DNA of 64,000 nucleotides from Eledone cirrhosa. Its lineage: Eukaryota. The number at the start of each line of letters is the position of its first letter. Position 1 is the stretch's first letter. The stretch lies in assembly GCA_964016885.1 (NCBI GenBank), contig OZ024744.1, positions 3,472,001 through 3,536,000 of the forward strand, read 5' to 3'. Below the pieces are notes generated by a model, which did not search any database, was not told the DNA's origin, and saw only the letters and a list, made by a program, of their open reading frames with translations. Shown in pieces: positions 12,301 to 24,900 of this stretch. The position numbers were made by a program, and so were the translations under genes.

Positions 12301-15205
12301 AGTTTTGAGGGAAGACAAGGTAGAGAAAGGTAGCTTGGTGAAAAACGACGTTTTGTGGGAAGACAAGGTAGAGAAAGATAGCTTGGTGAAGAACGAAGTT
12401 TTGTGGGAAGACAAGGTAGAGAAAGATAGCTTGGTGAAGAACGACGTTTTGAGGGAAGACAAGGTAGAGAAAGATAGCTTGGTGAAGAACGACGTTTTGT
12501 GGGAAGACAAGGTAGAAAAAGATAGCTTGGTGAAGAACGAAGTTTTGGGGGAAGACAAGGTAGAGAAAGATAGCTTGCGAAGAACGAAGTTTTGGGGCAA
12601 GACAAGGTAGAGAAAGATAGCTTGGTGAAGAACGAAGTTTTGGTGGAGGACAAGGTAGAGAAAGATAGCTTGGTGAAGAACGACGTTTTGAGGGAAGACA
12701 AGGTAGAGAAAGATAGCTTGGTGAAGAACGAAATTTTGACGGAAGACAAGGTAGAGAAAGATAGCTTGGTGAAGAATGACGTTTTGTGGGAAGACAAGGT
12801 AGAGAAAGATAGCTTGGTGAAGAACGAAGTTTTGGGGGAAGACAAGGTAGAGAAAGATAGCTTGGTGAAGAACGAAGTTTTGGGGAAGACAATGTAGAGA
12901 AAGATATATTGGTGAAGAACGAAGTTTTGGGGGAAGACAAGGTAGAGAAAGATAGCTTGGTGAAGAACGAAGTTTTGAGGGAAGACAAGGTAGAGAAAGA
13001 TAGCTTTGTGAAGAACGAAGTTTTGGGGAAGACAATGTAGAGAAAGATAGCTTGGTGAAGAACGAAGTTTTGGAGGAAGACAAGGTAGAGAAAGATAGCT
13101 TGGTGAAGAACGAAGTTTTGGGGAAAGACAAGGTAGAGAAAGATAGCTTGGTGAAGAACGAAGTTTTGGGGGAAGTCAAGGTAGAGAAAGATAGCTTGGT
13201 GAAGAACGAAGTTTTGGGGGAAGACAAGGTAGAGAAAGATAGCTTGGTGAAGAACGAAGTTTTGGGGAAGACAATGTAGAGAAAGATAGCTTGGTGAAGA
13301 ACGAAGTTTTGGGGGAAGACAAGGTAGAGAAAGATAGCTTGGTGAATAACAAAGTTTTGGGAGAAGACAAGGTCGAGAAAGATAGCTTGGTGAAGAACGA
13401 AATTTTGAGGGAAGACAAGGTAGAGAAAGATAGCTTGGTGAAGAACGACGTTTTGAGGGAAGACAATATAGAGAAAGATAGCTTGGTGAAGAACGACGTT
13501 TTGTGGGAAGACAAGGTAGAGAAAGATAGCTTGGTGAAGAACGAAGTTTTGGGGGAAGACAAGGTAGAGAAAGATAGCTTGGTGAAGAACGAAGTTTTGC
13601 GGGAAGACAAGGTAGAGAAAGATAGCTTGGTGAAGAACGATGTTTTGGGGAAGACAATGTAGAGAAAGATAGCTTGGTGAAGAGCGAAGTTTTGGGGGAA
13701 GACAAGGTAGAGAAAGATAGCTTGGTGAAGAACGAAGTTTTGAGGGAAGACAAGGTAGAGAAAGATAGCTTGGTGAATAACGAAGTTTTGGGAGAAGACA
13801 AGGTAGAGAAAGATAGCTTGGTGAAGAACGACGTTTTGAGGGAAGACAAGGTAGAGAAAGATAGCTTGGTGAAGAACGAAGTTTTGGGGAAGACAATGTA
13901 GAGAAAGATAGCTTGGTGAAGAACGAAGTTTTGGGGGAAGACAAGGTAGAGAAAGATAGCTTGGTGAAGAACGAAGTTTTGGGGGGAAGACAAGGTAGAG
14001 AAAGATAGCTTGGTGAAGAACGACGTTTTGTGGGAAGACAAGGTAGAGAAAGATAGCTTGGTGAAGAACGAAGTTTTGGGGAAAGACAAGGTAGAGAAAG
14101 ATAGCTTGGTGAAGAACGAAATTTTGGGGGAAGACAAGGTAGAGAAAGATAGCTTGGTGAAGAACGAAGTTTTGGGGGAAGACAAGGTAGAGAAAGATAG
14201 CTTGGTGAAGAACGAAGTTTTGGGGAAGACAATGTAGAGAAAGATAGCTTGGTGAAGAACGAAGTTTTGGGGGAAGACAAGGTAGAGAAAGATAGCTTGG
14301 TGAATAACAAAGTTTTGGGAGAAGACAAGGTCGAGAAAGATAGCTTGGTGAAGAACGAAATTTTGAGGGAAGACAAGGTAGAGAAAGATAGCTTGGTGAA
14401 GAACGACGTTTTGAGGGAAGACAAGATAAAGAAAGATAGCTTGGTGAAGAACGACGTTTTGTGGGAAGACAAGGTAGAGAAAGATAGCTTGGTGAAGAAC
14501 GAAGTTTTGGGGGAAGACAAGGTAGAGAAAGATAGCTTGGTGAAGAACGAAGTTTTGGGGGAAGACAAGGTAGAGAAAGATAGCTTGGTGAAGAACGATG
14601 TTTTGGGGAAGACAATGTAGAGAAAGATAGCTTGGTGAAGAACGAAGTTTTGGGGGAAGACAAGGTAGAGAAAGATAGCTTGGTGAAGAACGAAGTTTTG
14701 AGGGAAGACAAGGTATAGAAAGATAGCTTGGTGAATAACGAAGTTTTGGGAGAAGACAAGGTAGAGAAAGATAGCTTGGTGAAGAACGAAGTTTTGGTGG
14801 AGGACAAGGTAGAGAAAGATAGCTTGGTGAAGAACGACGTTTTGAGGGAAGACAAGGTAGAGAAAGATAGCTTGGTGAAGAACGAAATTTTGACGGAAGA
14901 CAAGGTAGAGAAAGATAGCTTGGTGAAGAATGACGTTTTGTGGGAAGACAAGGTAGAGAAAGATAGCTTGGTGAAGAACGAAGATTTGGGGGAAGACAAG
15001 GTAGAGAAAGATAGCTTGGTGAAGAACGAAGTTTTGGGGAAGACAATGTAGAGAAAGATATATTGGTGAAGAACGAAGTTTTGGGGGAAGACAAGGTAGA
15101 GAAAGATAGCTTGGTGAAGAACGAAGTTTTGAGGGAAGACAAGGTAGAGAAAGATAGCTTTGTGAAGAACGAAGTTTTGGGGAAGACAATGTAGAGAAAG
15201 ATATA

Positions 15206-18200
15206 TTGGTGAAGAACGAAGTTTTGGGGGAAGACAAGGTAGAGAAAGATAGCTTGGTGAAGAACGAAGTTTTGAGGGAAGACAATGTAGAGAAAGATAG
15301 CTTGGTGAAGAACGAAGTTTTGGGGGAAGACAAGGTAGAGAAAGATAGCTTGGTGAAGAACGAAGTTTTGGGGGAAGACAAGGTAGAGAAAGATAGCTTG
15401 GTGAAGAACGAAGTTTTGAGGGAAGACAAGGTAGAGAAAGATAGCTTTGTGAAGAACGAAGTTTTGGGGAAGACAATGTAGAGAAAGATATATTGGTGAA
15501 GAACGAAGTTTTGGGGGAAGACAAGGTAGAGAAAGATAGCTTGGTGAAGAACGAAGTTTTGAGGGAAGACAATGTAGAGAAAGATAGCTTGGTGAAGAAC
15601 GAAGTTTTGGGGGAAGACAAGGTAGAGAAAGATAGCTTGGTTTAGAACGAAGTTTTGGGGGAAGACAAGGTAGAGAAAGATAGCTTGGTGAAGAACGAAG
15701 TTTTGAGGGAAGACAAGGTAGAGAAAGGTAGCTTGGTGAAGAACGACGTTTTGTGGGAAGACAAGGTAGAGAAAGATAGCTTGGTGAAGAACGAAGTTTT
15801 GTGGGAAGACAAGGTAGAGAAAGATAGCTTGGTGAAGAACGACGTTTTGAGGGAAGACAAGGTAGAGAAAGATAGCTTGGTGAAGAACGACGTTTTGTGG
15901 GAAGACAAGGTAGAAAAAGATAGCTTGGTGAAGAACGAAGTTTTGGGGGAAGACAAGGTAGAGAAAGATAGCTTGCGAAGAACGAAGTTTTGGGGCAAGA
16001 CAAGGTAGAGAAAGATAGCTTGGTGAAGAACGAAGTTTTGGTGGAGGACAAGGTAGAGAAAGATAGCTTGGTGAAGAACGACGTTTTGAGGGAAGACAAG
16101 GTAGAGAAAGATAGCTTGGTGAAGAACGAAATTTTGACGGAAGACAAGGTAGAGAAAGATAGCTTGGTGAAGAATGACGTTTTGTGGGAAGACAAGGTAG
16201 AGAAAGATAGCTTGGTGAAGAACGAAGTTTTGGGGGAAGACAAGGTAGAGAAAGATAGCTTGGTGAAGAACGAAGTTTTGGGGAAGACAATGTAGAGAAA
16301 GATATATTGGTGAAGAACGAAGTTTTGGGGGAAGACAAGGTAGAGAAAGATAGCTTGGTGAAGAACGAAGTTTTGAGGGAAGACAAGGTAGAGAAAGATA
16401 GCTTTGTGAAGAACGAAGTTTTGGGGAAGACAATGTAGAGAAAGATAGCTTGGTGAAGAACGAAGTTTTGGAGGAAGACAAGGTAGAGAAAGATAGCTTG
16501 GTGAAGAACGAAGTTTTGGGGAAAGACAAGGTAGAGAAAGATAGCTTGGTGAAGAACGAAGTTTTGGGGGAAGTCAAGGTAGAGAAAGATAGCTTGGTGA
16601 AGAACGAAGTTTTGGGGGAAGACAAGGTAGAGAAAGATAGCTTGGTGAAGAACGAAGTTTTGGGGAAGACAATGTAGAGAAAGATAGCTTGGTGAAGAAC
16701 GAAGTTTTGGGGGAAGACAAGGTAGAGAAAGATAGCTTGGTGAATAACAAAGTTTTGGGAGAAGACAAGGTCGAGAAAGATAGCTTGGTGAAGAACGAAA
16801 TTTTGAGGGAAGACAAGGTAGAGAAAGATAGCTTGGTGAAGAACGACGTTTTGAGGGAAGACAAGATAGAGAAAGATAGCTTGGTGAAGAACGACGTTTT
16901 GTGGGAAGACAAGGTAGAGAAAGATAGCTTGGTGAAGAACGAAGTTTTGGGGGAAGACAAGGTAGAGAAAGATAGCTTGGTGAAGAACGAAGTTTTGGGG
17001 GAAGACAAGGTAGAGAAAGATAGCTTGGTGAAGAACGATGTTTTGGGGAAGACAATGTAGAGAAAGATAGCTTGGTGAAGAGCGAAGTTTTGGGGGAAGA
17101 CAAGGTAGAGAAAGATAGCTTAATGAAGAACGAAGTTTTGAGGGAAGACAAGGTATAGAAAGATAGCTTGGTGAATAACGAAGTTTTGGGAGAAGACAAG
17201 GTCGAGAAAGATAGCTTGGTGAAGAAAGAAGTTTTGAGGGAAGACAATGTAGAGAAAGATAGCTTGGTGAAGAACGAAGTTTTGGGGGAAGACAAGGTAG
17301 AGAAAGATAGCTTGGTGAAGAACGAAGTTTTGGGGGAAGACAAGGTAGAGAAAGATAGCTTGGTGAAGAACGAAGTTTTGAGGGAAGACAAGGTAGAGAA
17401 AGATAGCTTGGTGAAGAACGACGTTTTGTGGGAAGACAAGGTAGAGAAAGATAGCTTGGTGAAGAACGAAGTTTTGTGGGAAGACAAGGTAGAGAAAGAT
17501 AGCTTGGTGAAGAACGAAGTTTTGGGGGAAGACAAGGTAGAGAAAGATAGCTTGGTGAACAACGAAGTTTTGGGGGAAGACAAGGTAGAGAAAGATAGCT
17601 TGGTGAAGAACGAAGTTTTGGGGAAGACAATGTAGAGAAAGATATATTGGTGAAGAACGAAGTTTTGGGGGAAGACAAGGTAGAGAAAGATAGCTTGGTG
17701 AAGAACTAAGTTTTGAGGGAAGACAAGGTAGAGAAAGATAGCTTGGTGAATAACGAGGTTTTGGGAGAAGACAAGGTAGAGAAAGATAGCTTGGTGAAGA
17801 ACGACGTTTTGAGAGAAGACAAGGTAGAGAAAGATAGCTTGGTGAAGAACGAAGTTTTGTGGAAGACAATGTAGAGAAAGATAGCTTGGTGAAGAACGAA
17901 GTTTTGGGGGAAGACAAGGTAGAGAAAGATAGCTTGGTGAAGAACGAAGTTTTGGGGGGAAGACAAGGTAGAGAAAGATAGCTTGGTGAAGAACGACGTT
18001 TTGTGGGAAGACAAGGTAGAGAAAGATAGCTTGGTGAAGAACGAAGTTTTGGGGAAAGACAAGGTAGAGAAAGATAGCTTGGTGAAGAACGAAATTTTGG
18101 GGGAAGACAAGGTAGAGAAAGATAGCTTGGTGAAGAACGAAGTTTTGGGGGAAGACAAGGTAGAGAAAGATAGCTTGGTGAAGAACGAAGTTTTGGGGAA

Positions 18201-21200
18201 GACAATGTAGAGAAAGATATATTGGTGAAGAACGAAGTTTTGGGGGAAGACAAGGTAGAGAAAGATAGCTTGGTGAAGAACGAAGTTTTGAGGGAAGACA
18301 ATGTAGAGAAAGATAGCTTGGTGAAGAACGAAGTTTTGGGGGAAGACAAGGTAGAGAAAGATAGCTTGGTGAAGAACGAAGTTTTGGGGGAAGACAAGGT
18401 AGAGAAAGATAGCTTGGTGAAGAACGAAGTTTTGAGGGAAGACAAGGTAGAGAAAGATAGCTTTGTGAAGAACGAAGTTTTGGGGAAGACAATGTAGAGA
18501 AAGATATATTGGTGAAGAACGAAGTTTTGGGGGAAGACAAGGTAGAGAAAGATAGCTTGGTGAAGAACGAAGTTTTGAGGGAAGACAATGTAGAGAAAGA
18601 TAGCTTGGTGAAGAACGATGTTTTGGGGGAAGACAAGGTAGAGAAAGATAGCTTGGTTTAGAACGAAGTTTTGGGGGAAGACAAGGTAGAGAAAGATAGC
18701 TTGGTGAAGAACGAAGTTTTGAGGGAAGACAAGGTAGAGAAAGGTAGCTTGGTGAAGAACGACGTTTTGTGGGAAGACAAGGTAGAGAAAGATAGCTTGG
18801 TGAAGAACGAAGTTTTGTGGGAAGACAAGGTAGAGAAAGATAGCTTGGTGAAGAACGACGTTTTGAGGGAAGACAAGGTAGAGAAAGATAGCTTGGTGAA
18901 GAACGACGTTTTGTGGGAAGACAAGGTAGAAAAAGATAGCTTGGTGAAGAACGAAGTTTTGGGGGAAGACAAGGTAGAGAAAGATAGCTTGCGAAGAACG
19001 AAGTTTTGGGGCAAGACAAGGTAGAGAAAGATAGCTTGGTGAAGAACGAAGTTTTGGTGGAGGACAAGGTAGAGAAAGATAGCTTGGTGAAGAACGACGT
19101 TTTGAGGGAAGACAAGGTAGAGAAAGATAGCTTGGTGAAGAACGAAATTTTGACGGAAGACAAGGTAGAGAAAGATAGCTTGGTGAAGAATGACGTTTTG
19201 TGGGAAGACAAGGTAGAGAAAGATAGCTTGGTGAAGAACGAAGTTTTGGGGGAAGACAAGGTAGAGAAAGATAGCTTGGTGAAGAACGAAGTTTTGGGGA
19301 AGACAATGTAGAGAAAGATATATTGGTGAAGAACGAAGTTTTGGGGGAAGACAAGGTAGAGAAAGATAGCTTGGTGAAGAACGAAGTTTTGAGGGAAGAC
19401 AAGGTAGAGAAAGATAGCTTTGTGAAGAACGAAGTTTTGGGGAAGACAATGTAGAGAAAGATAGCTTGGTGAAGAACGAAGTTTTGGAGGAAGACAAGGT
19501 AGAGAAAGATAGCTTGGTGAAGAACGAAGTTTTGGGGAAAGACAAGGTAGAGAAAGATAGCTTGGTGAAGAACGAAGTTTTGGGGGAAGTCAAGGTAGAG
19601 AAAGATAGCTTGGTGAAGAACGAAGTTTTGGGGGAAGACAAGGTAGAGAAAGATAGCTTGGTGAAGAACGAAGTTTTGGGGAAGACAATGTAGAGAAAGA
19701 TAGCTTGGTGAAGAACGAAGTTTTGGGGGAAGACAAGGTAGAGAAAGATAGCTTGGTGAATAACAAAGTTTTGGGAGAAGACAAGGTCGAGAAAGATAGC
19801 TTGGTGAAGAACGAAATTTTGAGGGAAGACAAGGTAGAGAAAGATAGCTTGGTGAAGAACGACGTTTTGAGGGAAGACAAGATAGAGAAAGATAGCTTGG
19901 TGAAGAACGACGTTTTGTGGGAAGACAAGGTAGAGAAAGATAGCTTGGTGAAGAACGAAGTTTTGGGGGAAGACAAGGTAGAGAAAGATAGCTTGGTGAA
20001 GAACGAAGTTTTGGGGGAAGACAAGGTAGAGAAAGATAGCTTGGTGAAGAACGATGTTTTGGGGAAGACAATGTAGAGAAAGATAGCTTGGTGAAGAGCG
20101 AAGTTTTGGGGGAAGACAAGGTAGAGAAAGATAGCTTGATGAAGAACGAAGTTTTGAGGGAAGACAAGGTATAGAAAGATAGCTTGGTGAATAACGAAGT
20201 TTTGGGAGAAGACAAGGTCGAGAAAGATAGCTTGGTGAAGAACGAAGTTTTGAGGGAAGACAATGTAGAGAAAGATAGCTTGGTGAAGAACGAAGTTTTG
20301 GGGGAAGACAAGGTAGAGAAAGATAGCTTGGTGAAGAACGAAGTTTTGGGGGAAGACAAGGTAGAGAAAGATAGCTTGGTGAAGAACGAAGTTTTGAGGG
20401 AAGACAAGGTAGAGAAAGATAGCTTGGTGAAGAACGACGTTTTGTGGGAAGACAAGGTAGAGAAAGATAGCTTGGTGAAGAACGAAGTTTTGTGGGAAGA
20501 CAAGGTAGAGAAAGATAGCTTGGTGAAGAACGAAGTTTTGGGGGAAGACAAGGTAGAGAAAGATAGCTTGGTGAACAACGAAGTTTTGGGGGAAGACAAG
20601 GTAGAGAAAGATAGCTTGGTGAAGAACGAAGTTTTGGGGAAGACAATGTAGAGAAAGATATATTGGTGAATAACGAAGTTTTGGGGGAAGACAAGGTAGA
20701 GAAAGATAGCTTGGTGAAGAACGAAGTTTTGAGGGAAGACAAGGTAGAGAAAGATAGCTTGGTGAATAACGAGGTTTTGGGAGAAGACAAGGTAGAGAAA
20801 GATAGCTTGGTGAAGAACGACGTTTTGAGAGAAGACAAGGTAGAGAAAGATAGCTTGGTGAAGAACGAAGTTTTGGGGAAGACAATGTAGAGAAAGATAG
20901 CTTGGTGAAGAACGAAGTTTTGGGGGAAGACAAGGTAGAGAAAGATAGCTTGGTGAAGAACGAAGTTTTGGGGGGAAGACAAGGTAGAGAAAGATAGCTT
21001 GGTGAAGAACGACGTTTTGTGGGAAGACAAGGTAGAGAAAGATAGCTTGGTGAAGAACGAAGTTTTGGGGAAAGACAAGGTAGAGAAAGATAGCTTGGTG
21101 AAGAACGAAATTTTGGGGGAAGACAAGGTAGAGAAAGATAGCTTGGTGAAGAACGAAGTTTTGGGGGAAGACAAGGTAGAGAAAGATAGCTTGGTGAAGA

Positions 21201-24200
21201 ACGAAGTTTTGGGGAAGACAATGTAGAGAAAGATAGCTTGGTGAAGAACGAAGTTTTGGGGGAAGACAAGGTAGAGAAAGATAGCTTGGTGAATAACAAA
21301 GTTTTGGGAGAAGACAAGGTCGAGAAAGATAGCTTGGTGAAGAACGAAATTTTGAGGGAAGACAAGGTAGAGAAAGATAGCTTGGTGAAGAACGAAGTTT
21401 TGGGGAAGACAATGTAGAGAAAGATAGCTTGGTGAAGAACGAAGTTTTGGGGGAAGACAAGGTAGAGAAAGATAGCTTGGTGAAGAACGAAGTTTTGGGG
21501 GGAAGACAAGGTAGAGAAAGATAGCTTGGTGAAGAACGACGTTTTGTGGGAAGACAAGGTAGAGAAAGATAGCTTGGTGAAGAACGAAGTTTTGGGGAAA
21601 GACAAGGTAGAGAAAGATAGCTTGGTGAAGAACGAAATTTTGGGGGAAGACAAGGTAGAGAAAGATAGCTTGGTGAAGAACGAAGTTTTGGGGGAAGACA
21701 AGGTAGAGAAAGATAGCTTGGTGAAGAACGAAGTTTTGGGGAAGACAATGTAGAGAAAGATATATTGGTGAAGAACGAAGTTTTGGGGGAAGACAAGGTA
21801 GAGAAAGATAGCTTGGTGAAGAACGAAGTTTTGAGGGAAGACAATGTAGAGAAAGATAGCTTGGTGAAGAACGAAGTTTTGGGGGAAGACAAGGTAGAGA
21901 AAGATAGCTTGGTGAAGAACGAAGTTTTGGGGGAAGACAAGGTAGAGAAAGATAGCTTGGTGAAGAACGAAGTTTTGAGGGAAGACAAGGTAGAGAAAGA
22001 TAGCTTTGTGAAGAACGAAGTTTTGGGGAAGACAATGTAGAGAAAGATATATTGGTGAAGAACGAAGTTTTGGGGGAAGACAAGGTAGAGAAAGATAGCT
22101 TGGTGAAGAACGAAGTTTTGAGGGAAGACAATGTAGAGAAAGATAGCTTGGTGAAGAACGATGTTTTGGGGGAAGACAAGGTAGAGAAAGATAGCTTGGT
22201 TTAGAACGAAGTTTTGGGGGAAGACAAGGTAGAGAAAGATAGCTTGGTGAAGAACGAAGTTTTGAGGGAAGACAAGGTAGAGAAAGGTAGCTTGGTGAAG
22301 AACGACGTTTTGTGGGAAGACAAGGTAGAGAAAGATAGCTTGGTGAAGAACGAAGTTTTGTGGGAAGACAAGGTAGAGAAAGATAGCTTGGTGAAGAACG
22401 ACGTTTTGAGGGAAGACAAGGTAGAGAAAGATAGCTTGGTGAAGAACGACGTTTTGTGGGAAGACAAGGTAGAAAAAGATAGCTTGGTGAAGAACGAAGT
22501 TTTGGGGGAAGACAAGGTAGAGAAAGATAGCTTGCGAAGAACGAAGTTTTGGGGCAAGACAAGGTAGAGAAAGATAGCTTGGTGAAGAACGAAGTTTTGG
22601 TGGAGGACAAGGTAGAGAAAGATAGCTTGGTGAAGAACGACGTTTTGAGGGAAGACAAGGTAGAGAAAGATAGCTTGGTGAAGAACGAAATTTTGACGGA
22701 AGACAAGGTAGAGAAAGATAGCTTGGTGAAGAATGACGTTTTGTGGGAAGACAAGGTAGAGAAAGATAGCTTGGTGAAGAACGAAGTTTTGGGGGAAGAC
22801 AAGGTAGAGAAAGATAGCTTGGTGAAGAACGAAGTTTTGGGGAAGACAATGTAGAGAAAGATATATTGGTGAAGAACGAAGTTTTGGGGGAAGACAAGGT
22901 AGAGAAAGATAGCTTGGTGAAGAACGAAGTTTTGAGGGAAGACAAGGTAGAGAAAGATAGCTTTGTGAAGAACGAAGTTTTGGGGAAGACAATGTAGAGA
23001 AAGATAGCTTGGTGAAGAACGAAGTTTTGGAGGAAGACAAGGTAGAGAAAGATAGCTTGGTGAAGAACGAAGTTTTGGGGAAAGACAAGGTAGAGAAAGA
23101 TAGCTTGGTGAAGAACGAAGTTTTGGGGGAAGTCAAGGTAGAGAAAGATAGCTTGGTGAAGAACGAAGTTTTGGGGGAAGACAAGGTAGAGAAAGATAGC
23201 TTGGTGAAGAACGAAGTTTTGGGGAAGACAATGTAGAGAAAGATAGCTTGGTGAAGAACGAAGTTTTGGGGGAAGACAAGGTAGAGAAAGATAGCTTGGT
23301 GAATAACAAAGTTTTGGGAGAAGACAAGGTCGAGAAAGATAGCTTGGTGAAGAACGAAATTTTGAGGGAAGACAAGGTAGAGAAAGATAGCTTGGTGAAG
23401 AACGACGTTTTGAGGGAAGACAAGATAGAGAAAGATAGCTTGGTGAAGAACGACGTTTTGTGGGAAGACAAGGTAGAGAAAGATAGCTTGGTGAAGAACG
23501 AAGTTTTGGGGGAAGACAAGGTAGAGAAAGATAGCTTGGTGAAGAACGAAGTTTTGGGGGAAGACAAGGTAGAGAAAGATAGCTTGGTGAAGAACGATGT
23601 TTTGGGGAAGACAATGTAGAGAAAGATAGCTTGGTGAAGAGCGAAGTTTTGGGGGAAGACAAGGTAGAGAAAGATAGCTTGATGAAGAACGAAGTTTTGA
23701 GGGAAGACAAGGTATAGAAAGATAGCTTGGTGAATAACGAAGTTTTGGGAGAAGACAAGGTCGAGAAAGATAGCTTGGTGAAGAACGAAGTTTTGAGGGA
23801 AGACAATGTAGAGAAAGATAGCTTGGTGAAGAACGAAGTTTTGGGGGAAGACAAGGTAGAGAAAGATAGCTTGGTGAAGAACGAAGTTTTGGGGGAAGAC
23901 AAGGTAGAGAAAGATAGCTTGGTGAAGAACGAAGTTTTGAGGGAAGACAAGGTAGAGAAAGATAGCTTGGTGAAGAACGACGTTTTGTGGGAAGACAAGG
24001 TAGAGAAAGATAGCTTGGTGAAGAACGAAGTTTTGTGGGAAGACAAGGTAGAGAAAGATAGCTTGGTGAAGAACGAAGTTTTGGGGGAAGACAAGGTAGA
24101 GAAAGATAGCTTGGTGAACAACGAAGTTTTGGGGGAAGACAAGGTAGAGAAAGATAGCTTGGTGAAGAACGAAGTTTTGGGGAAGACAATGTAGAGAAAG

Positions 24201-24900
24201 ATATATTGGTGAAGAACGAAGTTTTGGGGGAAGACAAGGTAGAGAAAGATAGCTTGGTGAAGAACGAAGTTTTGAGGGAAGACAAGGTAGAGAAAGATAG
24301 CTTGGTGAATAACGAGGTTTTGGGAGAAGACAAGGTAGAGAAAGATAGCTTGGTGAAGAACGACGTTTTGAGAGAAGACAAGGTAGAGAAAGATAGCTTG
24401 GTGAAGAACGAAGTTTTGGGGAAGACAATGTAGAGAAAGATAGCTTGGTGAAGAACGAAGTTTTGGGGGAAGACAAGGTAGAGAAAGATAGCTTGGTGAA
24501 GAACGAAGTTTTGGGGGGAAGACAAGGTAGAGAAAGATAGCTTGGTGAAGAACGACGTTTTGTGGGAAGACAAGGTAGAGAAAGATAGCTTGGTGAAGAA
24601 CGAAGTTTTGGGGAAAGACAAGGTAGAGAAAGATAGCTTGGTGAAGAACGAAATTTTGGGGGAAGACAAGGTAGAGAAAGATAGCTTGGTGAAGAACGAA
24701 GTTTTGGGGGAAGACAAGGTAGAGAAAGATAGCTTGGTGAAGAACGAAGTTTTGGGGAAGACAATGTAGAGAAAGATAGCTTGGTGAAGAACGAAGTTTT
24801 GGGGGAAGACAAGGTAGAGAAAGATAGCTTGGTGAATAACAAAGTTTTGGGAGAAGACAAGGTCGAGAAAGATAGCTTGGTGAAGAACGAAATTTTGAGG
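15206..24900 (+). repeat. Three tandem copies of a ~3.0-3.5-kb higher-order unit (offsets 3,016 and 3,543)
   Basis: ORF series 15206/18222/21765, 15655/18671/22214 and 16450/19466/23009. The marker GGTTTAGAAC occurs at ~15640, ~18656 and ~22199. The 527-bp difference in offset equals an internal duplication (20999/21526). Confidence 0.88.
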